From Candidatus Latescibacterota bacterium (GTDB lineage: Bacteria; Latescibacterota; UBA2968): 64,000 nt of DNA. Shown piece after piece: positions 55,385 through 64,000 of this stretch (its first letter is position 1; the number at the start of each line of letters is the position of its first letter). Location of the stretch: NCBI GenBank assembly GCA_965204375.1, contig OZ241986.1, positions 5,952,001 to 6,016,000 of the forward strand, written 5' to 3'. Below the pieces are notes generated by a model. That model did not search any database. It had not been told where the DNA came from and worked only from the letters and a program-made list of their open reading frames with translations. The position numbers and the translations under genes were made by a program.

Positions 55385-56710
55385 TTATCCGAACATCGGA
55401 ATTGCCATTTTGCCCTGTTTTTCCATACGGGACATGCGTTTCATCATTTTTTGCATCATGTTGAATTGCTTGAGCAATTTGTTGACATCTTGAATACTGC
55501 GCCCGCTGCCATTTGCAATGCGTTTGCGCCTGCTGCCATTAATAATATGCGGTTTGTCGCGTTCTGCTGGGGTCATTGAATAGATGATTGCCTCAATATG
55601 CGTGAAGGTCTTTTCATCCACCTGCAAGTCCGGCATGGACTTGCTTACACCGGGGATCATTTTCATCAGTTGATCTAAGGGTCCCATCTGCCTGATTTGC
55701 GCCATTTGCTCGAGAAAGTCGTCAAATGTGAACGATGCCGAGCGAAGTTTTTGCTCGACTTTTTTGGCCTGTTCAGCGTCAATGGTCTCCTGTGCTTTTT
55801 CCACCAGTGTAACCACATCGCCCATGCCCAAAATGCGAGAGGCCATTCGGTCGGGATGAAATACTTCCAGACCATCGACTTTTTCGCTGACGCCGATGTA
55901 TTTAATCGGGACGCCCGCAACCTCGCGGATGGATAAAGCTGCGCCGCCGCGGGTGTCGCTGTCCATGCGCGTGAGTACTACACCTGAGAATTTGAGTTTT
56001 TCGTAAAAGGCAGAAGCCGACGATACGGCATCTTGCCCGGTCATGGCGTCGCACACAAACAGAATTTCTGAGGGCGATACGGCTTCGCGGATGCGAAATA
56101 CTTCATCCATGCGCTCGTCATCAACGTGTAGCCGACCCGCTGTATCGAGTATCACGACATCGCGATTTTCATTTTTCGCCCGATCCATCGCTTGCGTGCA
56201 AATATCGACCGGATCGGTGCCTTCTGGCGCCCGGTGTACGGGCACGCCCACTTGCTCGGCGAGCACGCAAAGTTGATCAATTGCTGCGGGACGATAAATA
56301 TCAGCCGCCACGAGCAAGGGTTTTTTGTTTTCCGATGCCAATAATCGGGCCAATTTTGCTGAGGCTGTCGTTTTACCCGATCCTTGAAGCCCGACCATCA
56401 TGATTGCTGAGGGCGGCGATTCCGCAAATTGCAATGCGGCATTTTGATTGCCCATCAACGCGATCAATTCGTCGTGGACAACTTTTACAACTTGCTGCCC
56501 GGGTGTGATGCTTTTGAGCACTTCCTGCCCTATGGCGCGTTCTTTGACCCGCGCAATAAACGAGCGGGCAACTTTGTAGTTGACATCTGCCTCGAGCAAT
56601 GCCCGGCGCACCTCTCGCATGGCGTCGTCGATGTTCGATTCGCTCAATCGACCGCGGCTGCGAAGTTGCTTAAATACGCCATTGAGGCGCTCTGTCAACA
56701 TTTCAAACAT
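55385..56710 (-). CDS. ffh: Signal recognition particle protein
   Basis: [38 protein letters not shown]. Confidence 0.98.
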   Translation of the reverse strand: MFEMLTERLNGVFKQLRSRGRLSESNIDDAMREVRRALLEADVNYKVARSFIARVKERAIGQEVLKSITPGQQVVKVVHDELIALMGNQNAALQFAESPPSAIMMVGLQGSGKTTASAKLARLLASENKKPLLVAADIYRPAAIDQLCVLAEQVGVPVHRAPEGTDPVDICTQAMDRAKNENRDVVILDTAGRLHVDDERMDEVFRIREAVSPSEILFVCDAMTGQDAVSSASAFYEKLKFSGVVLTRMDSDTRGGAALSIREVAGVPIKYIGVSEKVDGLEVFHPDRMASRILGMGDVVTLVEKAQETIDAEQAKKVEQKLRSASFTFDDFLEQMAQIRQMGPLDQLMKMIPGVSKSMPDLQVDEKTFTHIEAIIYSMTPAERDKPHIINGSRRKRIANGSGRSIQDVNKLLKQFNMMQKMMKRMSRMEKQGKMAIPMFG

Positions 56711-56796
56711 GAAAAACCCTTAAAAATAGCGGAGCAAGACGGAGAAATATAGAAGATTCGCCGATTTTATGCAAGAAATAAGCTGTCGAAAAATCC

Positions 56797-57453
56797 CTAT
56801 CCCAGTGCCGCCTGGCGAATGGCCTGTACGTTTTTTGCAATGGCCCCGTCGCGAAATACCGCCGAACCCGCTACGAGCACTTGCACGCCTGCTTCGACTA
56901 CCTGACGCGCGTTTTCCACGCCAATGCCACCGTCAATTTCTATTTCGATGTCCAATTCCTGCCGCACAATTTCGGCTTTTAATGCCCGCACCCGATCGAG
57001 AGACGCCAGCATAAAGGACTGGCCACCAAAGCCCGGTTCGACCGACATAATGAGTGCGAGGTCCAATTTGGGTAATAGTGGAAATAATGTCTCGATCTCC
57101 GTGCCAGGGCGCAGGGTAGCACCGGCTTTCATGTTGGCTTTTCGGATGCGATCCAACAGTGCGGGCACATCTTCTTCGATTTCGACATGGACGGTCAAAA
57201 TGTCTGTGCCTGCATCGGCAAAATCTTGCAGATATTTACCGGGTTCAGAGATCATGAGATGCACGTCCAGCACCAGATCTGTTGTTTTGCGAATGGCTTC
57301 AACGACCAGCGCACCAAATGTGATATTAGGCACAAAATGCCCGTCCATAATGTCCAGATGGATATATTCTGCACCGGACTCTTCGACCAGGCGCACCTGA
57401 TTTTCGAGTGTGCGGAAATCGGCAGAGAGAAATGATGGGGCGATTTTTACCAT
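56797..57453 (-). CDS. rpe: Ribulose-phosphate 3-epimerase
   Basis: IAPSFLSADF, HLDIMDGHFVPNITFG, MSVEPGFGGQ, DGG. Confidence 0.97.
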   Translation of the reverse strand: MVKIAPSFLSADFRTLENQVRLVEESGAEYIHLDIMDGHFVPNITFGALVVEAIRKTTDLVLDVHLMISEPGKYLQDFADAGTDILTVHVEIEEDVPALLDRIRKANMKAGATLRPGTEIETLFPLLPKLDLALIMSVEPGFGGQSFMLASLDRVRALKAEIVRQELDIEIEIDGGIGVENARQVVEAGVQVLVAGSAVFRDGAIAKNVQAIRQAALG

Positions 57454-57475
57454 TTTAACCTCAAATAAGACTTTT

Positions 57476-58216
57476 TCACAGTTTGCTCACAATCAATAGG
57501 ACAGGAGACCCGCGTTTTATTGGCGTGCCCGATTCTGGCTCCTGGCGGATTACGATGTCGGGTTCATAAGCGGTGCTAAATTCGTATCGGATATTATTGG
57601 GCTGCAGACCGAGCGACGATAATAGACGCCGGGCTTCGTCCAATTTTAGCTCGGTAACCCGGGGCATATTGACAAAGGCGCGAGGAGGACCCGTGCTTAC
57701 AATCAGTTCGACCTGTGTCCCCTGGGCGACTTTCTCGCCAGCTTTGGGTTTGTGGTCGATAATAGTGCCCTCTTTTATTTCTGACGATGATATTTCGGTG
57801 ACTTTACCGACGGTCAAGTCCGCCTGTGCAATCCACAACTGAGCCTGTCGCAAAGGGCGGTTGCGAAGATCGGGTACGGCGTGGAGACGCTGTCCCAAAC
57901 TCAGCGCAATATAGACCGTGCGGTTGGGTTTTACGTGCGAGAGGGCAGACGGATTTTGCCATACGATTTGTCCTGCAGGCACAGAAGTATCCCATCGCGG
58001 TTCTCGCTCTTTCATGCGCAGGCCCTTGTCTTGTAATTGCGCCTGCGCCTGTGCAGGGGTAAGTCCGATGAGATCGGGGACAGTGACTTCTACGCCTTGC
58101 CGCACATAGATCGGCATTGCAAGTTGATCGATTACAATCAATCCGATTATTGCCGTAAATATGGCACACGCACCAAAAAGAGCGATTTCGCGCAAAATTT
58201 TCAAGGCCAAATTCAT
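57476..58216 (-). CDS. PASTA-domain membrane protein (3 PASTA repeats)
   Basis: N-terminal TM; VPDLIG, VPDLRN, MPRVTE repeats each with Q.P..G. Confidence 0.88.
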   Translation of the reverse strand: MNLALKILREIALFGACAIFTAIIGLIVIDQLAMPIYVRQGVEVTVPDLIGLTPAQAQAQLQDKGLRMKEREPRWDTSVPAGQIVWQNPSALSHVKPNRTVYIALSLGQRLHAVPDLRNRPLRQAQLWIAQADLTVGKVTEISSSEIKEGTIIDHKPKAGEKVAQGTQVELIVSTGPPRAFVNMPRVTELKLDEARRLLSSLGLQPNNIRYEFSTAYEPDIVIRQEPESGTPIKRGSPVLLIVSKL

Positions 58217-58275
58217 GATCTCAAAATAGCCGAAGGCCCAAATCCTGTCAAGCGCGGATGCCTTATTACAAGGGG

Positions 58276-59115
58276 TTAATACTCATAGGTCACTGAAGCG
58301 CGATGCGTGATTCCCAGTACTGTATGCCATACTCCGGCATAGTCAATCGCAAAGTCACTTTTTTTAAGGCCAAATCCCGCGCTCAGTCTTTCCGGTCGGC
58401 CGCCTGCTCCTGTGCGTAGTACCAGTTGGGGATGGATATGATACATGATCCCAATGCCCGCACCTGTAGGAAAATTCGCTTCTTTCTGTATATCTGCTAC
58501 CAATACGACTTGAGGCATGATAGCAATACCCATTCCCACGGTGCCACTCTGTCCCAAAAGCGAGGTGTGTCTGCCACCTGCATTCCAGATTGCTGCGCCC
58601 AGAAAGACGCCTTCGCGTATCTGCAATTTTATGCCCGCATCGAATACCAACCAGTGTTGTGTGGGGATTCCCGCTGTGCTGAGTTGTAAGGCGCGTATGC
58701 CGAGTCCCAGGCTCAGTTTTTGGAAGACGCGCAGTCCATAAACGAGACCAAATACCTGCTCTTTGTATAGCGCAAATCCAAATCCCGTATATCTCGCGCC
58801 CAGGCCATGACGTCCAATCCGCAGGCCAGCACTGAACGCATGGGTTGCCAGTTCGGCTATTCCAAAGGGTCGGTCATACATGCCAAATAAGCTCATTCGC
58901 TTGCCCCATGTCAGTGCTGCGGGATTCCAAAATGCGCCTGAGGCACCGGCTGCCAGTGCCACGCCTGCATCGCCAGTACCTGCGGTATGGGCGCCAATGG
59001 GATGAAATTCAAAGGCTGCGTGAGTAGATGAAGGGAGGAGTGCGAAAAGTGTAAATACAATCCACTTTGCTTGCGGAATGCGGAAAAGCGAGCTGAGACG
59101 CAATTGATCTGGCAT
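58276..59115 (-). CDS. PorV/FadL-like outer-membrane beta-barrel protein
   Basis: Signal peptide, GA…G.G…A.FWNPAAL, alternating beta strands, terminal aromatic residue; start uncertain. Confidence 0.65.
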   Translation of the reverse strand: MPDQLRLSSLFRIPQAKWIVFTLFALLPSSTHAAFEFHPIGAHTAGTGDAGVALAAGASGAFWNPAALTWGKRMSLFGMYDRPFGIAELATHAFSAGLRIGRHGLGARYTGFGFALYKEQVFGLVYGLRVFQKLSLGLGIRALQLSTAGIPTQHWLVFDAGIKLQIREGVFLGAAIWNAGGRHTSLLGQSGTVGMGIAIMPQVVLVADIQKEANFPTGAGIGIMYHIHPQLVLRTGAGGRPERLSAGFGLKKSDFAIDYAGVWHTVLGITHRASVTYEY

Positions 59116-59415
59116 AGGAGACCACGTATGGGATGGGTTAGGGATGTGTGTTTTGACAGTCTTTCTGCAAATGGCATACCAGATACTCACCTTCTTTTTA
59201 ACCTGTTGATATTACACGCCGAAATCTGTTTATTGTCGGTTAGAATAGACGGGTAAATGTCGGCTACTATGCGACAGAGTATTTTAATCGGTCGCTCGTT
59301 ATTAGACAAAAAACGCTCTCAATGGGGTGAGATAATCGCGGTTGCTTTATGAGAAAAAAGAACCGATATTTTAACCGTTCGATTTCTACAAATCTTCACC
59401 TGGAGAGAGAAGGTT

Positions 59416-60153
59416 ATGGCTTATTTTACCGACGAAGAGAAATTGCATTTCAAAGAACAGGGGTATGTTGTCAAACGCGATGTCGTGCCGATGCATTTGA
59501 TCGATAAGGCGGTGGATGTGGTATGGGAGGAGATTGAGGCAGATCGCGATGATCCCAAAACGTGGATCAATGCAGGACCGAAGGGAAATTTGAAATGCAG
59601 CAATCATCCCGATGTGCGGGCGACGTTGACGGAGACGCCGATTCAGGATATGTGCGAGGAGATGGTGGGTAAAGGGACCCTGGCTGTGTCGAATTACACG
59701 TTTGCCAAGATGATTTATCCCGAAGGGCACGACAATTGGACGCCGGCCAGGCATATGCATCTGGATGGCTATACGTGTGAAGGCGTGGTGGATACCTTTG
59801 CGATCGCGGTGACGGTGAATATCAATCACGTTAAGCCGCGCTCGGGTGGGTTTTCGATATGGCCCGGCGCGCACAAGCGGGCTTATGAATATTTTAAGAC
59901 GCACAGTTTGGTGAATGGGTTAGATGCGTTTCGCAATGCGCAGGGGGAGTATTACGGCCTTCCCACGCCGGTTGATGTTACGGGGCCGCCGGGCACGGTG
60001 ACGTTCTGGCATCATCTGATGTTGCACAGCCCGGGGGTAAATTGCGGGCGGGATATTCGCATGGCGTTTGTGAGTCGTTTTCGGCGGAGGGATAATAACG
60101 ATATGCGCTTTGAGACGCCGGATGATATGTGGGCGTATTGGGATGGACTGTAG
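59416..60153 (+). CDS. Phytanoyl-CoA dioxygenase family (2OG-Fe(II)) protein
   Basis: F.EQGYVV, HLD, WPGAH, G..TFWH…H…N…R. Confidence 0.85.
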   Translation: MAYFTDEEKLHFKEQGYVVKRDVVPMHLIDKAVDVVWEEIEADRDDPKTWINAGPKGNLKCSNHPDVRATLTETPIQDMCEEMVGKGTLAVSNYTFAKMIYPEGHDNWTPARHMHLDGYTCEGVVDTFAIAVTVNINHVKPRSGGFSIWPGAHKRAYEYFKTHSLVNGLDAFRNAQGEYYGLPTPVDVTGPPGTVTFWHHLMLHSPGVNCGRDIRMAFVSRFRRRDNNDMRFETPDDMWAYWDGL

Positions 60154-60185
60154 GCGGATTCCGCGTTGGAATACAAAAGGATAGG

Positions 60186-63100
60186 ATGGCGAGTAAAAAC
60201 CAACAAATAAAAAAACGCGGACCGCGCAGAAAGCGGCCAAGTCTGATGTCAGCAGTGTGGTCGCTGCTGCCCGCGTGTATGCTCAAAGACGGCATGGAGA
60301 TTGCGCGGCAGTTGCGGCAAATACAGCGGCAAAAGCGGCGCGATACGGTGCGGTTGAAGAATCTGAAGGTGCAGGCAGAGCGGTCGGCTGCGTTGCGTAA
60401 AGACCGGGGAGATAATCCGCTGTACTTGACGTATCCAGAAGCGTTGCCGATTGTGGCGCGGAAGGATGAGATTGTTCGGGCGATTCGAGAACATCCCGTG
60501 GTGATTGTGGCGGGTGAGACGGGTTCGGGGAAGACGACGCAGTTGCCCAAGATGTGTTTGGAGGCCGGTCGCGGTGTGGCGGCGAAAATTGCGTGTACCC
60601 AACCCCGGCGCGTGGCGGCGCTATCGGTGTCGCGGCGTATTGCAGAGGAGTTAAATGTCGCGTGGGGTGCCGAGGTGGGGTGCAAAATTCGGTTTAAGGA
60701 TGAGACTGCGCCCGAGACGCGGATCAAGATGATGACGGATGGGATGTTGCTCGCGGAGATTCAGGGCGATCCGAATTTGTATGAGTACGATACGGTTATT
60801 ATTGATGAGGCGCACGAGCGCAGTTTGAATATCGATTTTTTGCTGGGGTATTTGCGTCTGTTGCAAAAGCGACGCCCCGAGTTGCGGATTGTGATTACAT
60901 CGGCGACGATTGATACGGAGGCGTTTTCAAAGGCGTTTGACGATGCGCCGATTATTGAGGTGTCCGGGCGGATGTATCCTGTGGATGTGCAATACTTGCC
61001 TATAGAAGATCTCGCTGGGGAGACGTATATCGATGCGGCGGTGACCGCAGTGGATATGGTGGTTGATGCGGGACGAGGCGATATTCTGGTTTTTATGCCT
61101 ACGGAGAAGGATATCCACGAGACGCGCAGGCGTTTGGAGGGGCGACAACTTCGCTTTACAGAGGTTTTGCCGCTGTTTGGGCGGTTGACAGCGGGCGATC
61201 AGCAGAAGGTGTTTTACAAGCAGAGGTATCGGCGCATTGTGGTGGCGACGAATATTGCGGAGACGTCGATTACGATTCCGGGTATTCGATATGTGATCGA
61301 TACGGGGCTGGCGCGAATCAGCCGGCACAATCCGCGCAATCAGACGCATCGGCTACCGGTGGAGGAGATTTCTCAAAGCAGTGCCAGGCAGCGGGCAGGG
61401 CGGTGTGGGCGCGTGCAAAATGGGGTGTGTATTCGTCTGTACGATGAGAAGAGTTTTCTCGCGCGACCAGAGTACACGCAGCCCGAGATTCAGCGGTCGG
61501 ATTTGGCTGAGGTCATTTTGCGGATGATTGCGCTGCGGCTGGGCGATGTCGAGACGTTTCCATTTATTGATCCCCCCCGTTCTCAGGCGATTCAGGGGGG
61601 ATTTAATGTGTTGAGGGCGCTGGACGCGATTGATGATCACAAGCGTCTGACACCGTTGGGGCGCGATATGGCGCGTTTGCCACTCGCGCCGACGGTATCG
61701 CGGATGATTTTGCAAGCTCGGAAAGAACGCGCTTTGCGCGAGGTGCTGGTTATTGCGTCGGCAATCAGCATTCAAGATCCGCGCGTTCGGCCGCTCGAGC
61801 AAGAGAAGGCGGCAGACCAGGAGCACAAGCGATTTGTAGATGGAGAATCGGATTTTGTAGCGTTGCTGAATATCTGGAAGACGTATCACGATACGTTTGA
61901 GAAATTGAGAACTCAGAGCCAGATGCGGAGATTTTGCAAGCAGCATTTTTTATCTTTTAATCGCATGCGCGAATGGCGCGATATTTATATGCAGATTCGA
62001 CATACTCTGCGTGAGATGGGCAGTTTTCGGATGAACCGGGACGATGCGGGATACCACGCGATTCATCGGTCGGTGGTGAGTGGGTTGTTGGGCAATGTGG
62101 CACAGAAGAAGGAAGACAATATGTATCGCGCAGCGCGTGGGCGCGATGTGATGTTGTTCCCGGGGTCTGGCCTGTTTCAACGGAGAGAGGGCAGAGAGGA
62201 AGATAAAAAGAGTACGCCCGGTTGGGTGGTGGCTGCGGAGGTGGTGGAGACGTCGCGTTTGTTTGCGCGCACTGTGGCTCGCATACAGCCGTCGTGGCTG
62301 GTGGAGTTGGGCGGACATCTGTGCCGGGCATCTTATAAGGAGCCGTTTTACAGCAGGCGGTCGGGGCGGGTGCTGGCGACCGAGACATTGACGCTGCACG
62401 GTTTGCAGGTGGGGCAAAAGCGCGTGGGGTATGGCGGTATAGATGCCAGTGCTGCGACGGAGATTTTTATCCGCGAGGCTCTGGTGAATGATGAGGTGGC
62501 GTTGCCTTATGAATTTGTGGCTCAGAATCGGGATTTGCGCGCGCGCGTGGAAACATGGCAGATGCAACAGCGTTTGATGCAATTTCTGGATCTGGACGAG
62601 GCTGCGTATCGGTTTTATGCCGAGCGATTGGAGAATATATCTTCCACGCACGATTTGAATCGCCTGATTAAGAGAAAGGGTGCGGATTTTTTGCTGATGT
62701 CCGAGAAGCATCTGGCGGGTGAGCAGGTGGATTTTGATCGGGATGCGTTTCCCAATTTTTTGGAGGTGGATGGCGAAGAGGTGCCGCTTTCTTATGCGTA
62801 TCGGCCCGGACAGGATCGGGATGGCGTGACGTTGCAATTGCCGTACAAGCTGGTGCATTTTGTACAGCCGGAGGTGCTGGACTGGCTGGTGCCGGGATTG
62901 TTGGAAGAAAAGATCACATATATGTTGCGCGGGCTTCCAAAAAGTATTCGCAAGCGGTTTGTGCCCGTGCCGGACAAGGCGCGAGAGATTGCCGCGGCGT
63001 TGCAGCCAACGCACGGTGCGTTTTTGGATTCGCTATCTGCCCATATTCTGGGTACATACGGTATTGAGATTTCTCAAAGCGATTGGAATGTGCGCGATTT

Positions 63101-64000
63101 GCCCGAGCATTTGCAGATGCGCGTGGAAGTTCGGGATGAGAAAGAAAAGGCGGTTGTGGCAGCGCGGGATTTGCGCGTGTTGCGCGAGCAGTTAGATGCG
63201 CGCGAAGAAGATGTGCAGTCCGATGCATGGTTGCGGGCGCAGAAGCAGGTGGCGTGCCGGGATGTGACGGGGCAGACGCTGGGTGAATTGCCCGAGCGCG
63301 TAGAGGTGATGCAAGCCGGTGGGATGCCGGTGTTTGGCTATGTGGGGTTGAAGCGCGAGGGGGATCGCGTGGATGTGTGTTTGTTTAAGCGCGCGGATAA
63401 GGCGGAACGCGAGACCCGGGCGGGTTGGATGCGGTTGTGCGAGCGCGAAATGCGGGATGAGATGCGGGCGTTGAAGCGGTCTTTGGGCGATTTGGCACAA
63501 TTTGAGGGGGGGCGCGAGGCTTTGCGCGAGGGCGCGTACGCAAATTTAATGGCGCATCTGTTCACGCGGGATGCGGCGTTTCCCATAACGCGCCAGCGCT
63601 TTGAAGCGCGTGTTCAACAGGCGCGGTTGTATTTGCAGCATCTGGCACCGCAATTGATTCAGGCGATGGAATCGCTGTTTGAAACGCATCGAGAAATTCG
63701 CCTGTTGCGCGGTGGATATCCCGAGGTGGAGGCCGATCTCGCGCGTTTGATGCCGCCGGATTTTTTGCGACAAACGCCGTATGATCAGGTGTTGCATTTG
63801 AGTCGGTTTTTGAAGGCGATTGTGATACGGGCCGAACGCGCGATGCTCGATCCGATGAAGGACCGACAAAAGGCCGAGCAGGTTCAACCCTTTCAAGATG
63901 CGGTGGATGAATTGATGGATTCGGAATTGACGGGTGCAAAGCGCGCTGCCGTGCAGGCGCTGCGGTGGATGGTCGAGGAGTTTCGGGTGTCGGTTTTTGC
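60186..64000 (+). CDS. hrpA: ATP-dependent RNA helicase HrpA (runs off the window end)
   Basis: Absent from the ORF track (no stop in window); frame from ATG 60186 reads GETGSGKTTQLPK, TQPRR, DEAHERS, SATID, ATNIAETS, QRAGRCGR, and ends near WMVEEFRVSVF. Confidence 0.95.
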   Translation, partial: MASKNQQIKKRGPRRKRPSLMSAVWSLLPACMLKDGMEIARQLRQIQRQKRRDTVRLKNLKVQAERSAALRKDRGDNPLYLTYPEALPIVARKDEIVRAIREHPVVIVAGETGSGKTTQLPKMCLEAGRGVAAKIACTQPRRVAALSVSRRIAEELNVAWGAEVGCKIRFKDETAPETRIKMMTDGMLLAEIQGDPNLYEYDTVIIDEAHERSLNIDFLLGYLRLLQKRRPELRIVITSATIDTEAFSKAFDDAPIIEVSGRMYPVDVQYLPIEDLAGETYIDAAVTAVDMVVDAGRGDILVFMPTEKDIHETRRRLEGRQLRFTEVLPLFGRLTAGDQQKVFYKQRYRRIVVATNIAETSITIPGIRYVIDTGLARISRHNPRNQTHRLPVEEISQSSARQRAGRCGRVQNGVCIRLYDEKSFLARPEYTQPEIQRSDLAEVILRMIALRLGDVETFPFIDPPRSQAIQGGFNVLRALDAIDDHKRLTPLGRDMARLPLAPTVSRMILQARKERALREVLVIASAISIQDPRVRPLEQEKAADQEHKRFVDGESDFVALLNIWKTYHDTFEKLRTQSQMRRFCKQHFLSFNRMREWRDIYMQIRHTLREMGSFRMNRDDAGYHAIHRSVVSGLLGNVAQKKEDNMYRAARGRDVMLFPGSGLFQRREGREEDKKSTPGWVVAAEVVETSRLFARTVARIQPSWLVELGGHLCRASYKEPFYSRRSGRVLATETLTLHGLQVGQKRVGYGGIDASAATEIFIREALVNDEVALPYEFVAQNRDLRARVETWQMQQRLMQFLDLDEAAYRFYAERLENISSTHDLNRLIKRKGADFLLMSEKHLAGEQVDFDRDAFPNFLEVDGEEVPLSYAYRPGQDRDGVTLQLPYKLVHFVQPEVLDWLVPGLLEEKITYMLRGLPKSIRKRFVPVPDKAREIAAALQPTHGAFLDSLSAHILGTYGIEISQSDWNVRDLPEHLQMRVEVRDEKEKAVVAARDLRVLREQLDAREEDVQSDAWLRAQKQVACRDVTGQTLGELPERVEVMQAGGMPVFGYVGLKREGDRVDVCLFKRADKAERETRAGWMRLCEREMRDEMRALKRSLGDLAQFEGGREALREGAYANLMAHLFTRDAAFPITRQRFEARVQQARLYLQHLAPQLIQAMESLFETHREIRLLRGGYPEVEADLARLMPPDFLRQTPYDQVLHLSRFLKAIVIRAERAMLDPMKDRQKAEQVQPFQDAVDELMDSELTGAKRAAVQALRWMVEEFRVSVF

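Noticed and set aside
59978-63939. Numerous minus-strand ORFs up to 354 aa
   Set aside because: Antisense shadows of hrpA, which occupies the plus strand

Overview
Bacterial chromosome segment. Sulfatase and enolase richness, dockerin/cohesin-like tails and a PorV-like barrel suggest an FCB-group organism such as Ca. Latescibacterota; this is inference only. The core consists of housekeeping genes (nth, comM, tRNA-Val, rplS-trmD-rimM-rpsP-ffh, rpe, hrpA) and catabolic genes (4 sulfatases, 2 enolase-superfamily enzymes, 2 TIM-barrel isomerases, an acylase, a lyase, an S8 protease). Three probable anti-phage islets interrupt it. (1) 5.7-14.8 kb: a promoter-led 4-gene operon encoding an unknown protein, two paralogous DUF2791/BrxD-like ATPases, and a 1888-aa fusion of an Lhr-like SF2 helicase, an Fe-S PD-(D/E)xK nuclease and a Dna2/UPF1-like SF1 helicase. 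This is the best candidate for an undescribed system. (2) 29.1-35.2 kb: TIR-TPR, a Dsr1-like SIR2 protein, a HigBA-type pair, an orphan antitoxin and a type IIG R-M scar, embedded in and splitting a palindromic repeat element. (3) 47.7-52.9 kb, at the 3' side of tRNA-Val: a decayed HExxH protease, a DUF6361-like protein and a double-HxK PLD nuclease that looks truncated. Several dispersed short repeat families and a clear sigma54 promoter before comM are also visible. All family assignments are from motif reading, not database searches.
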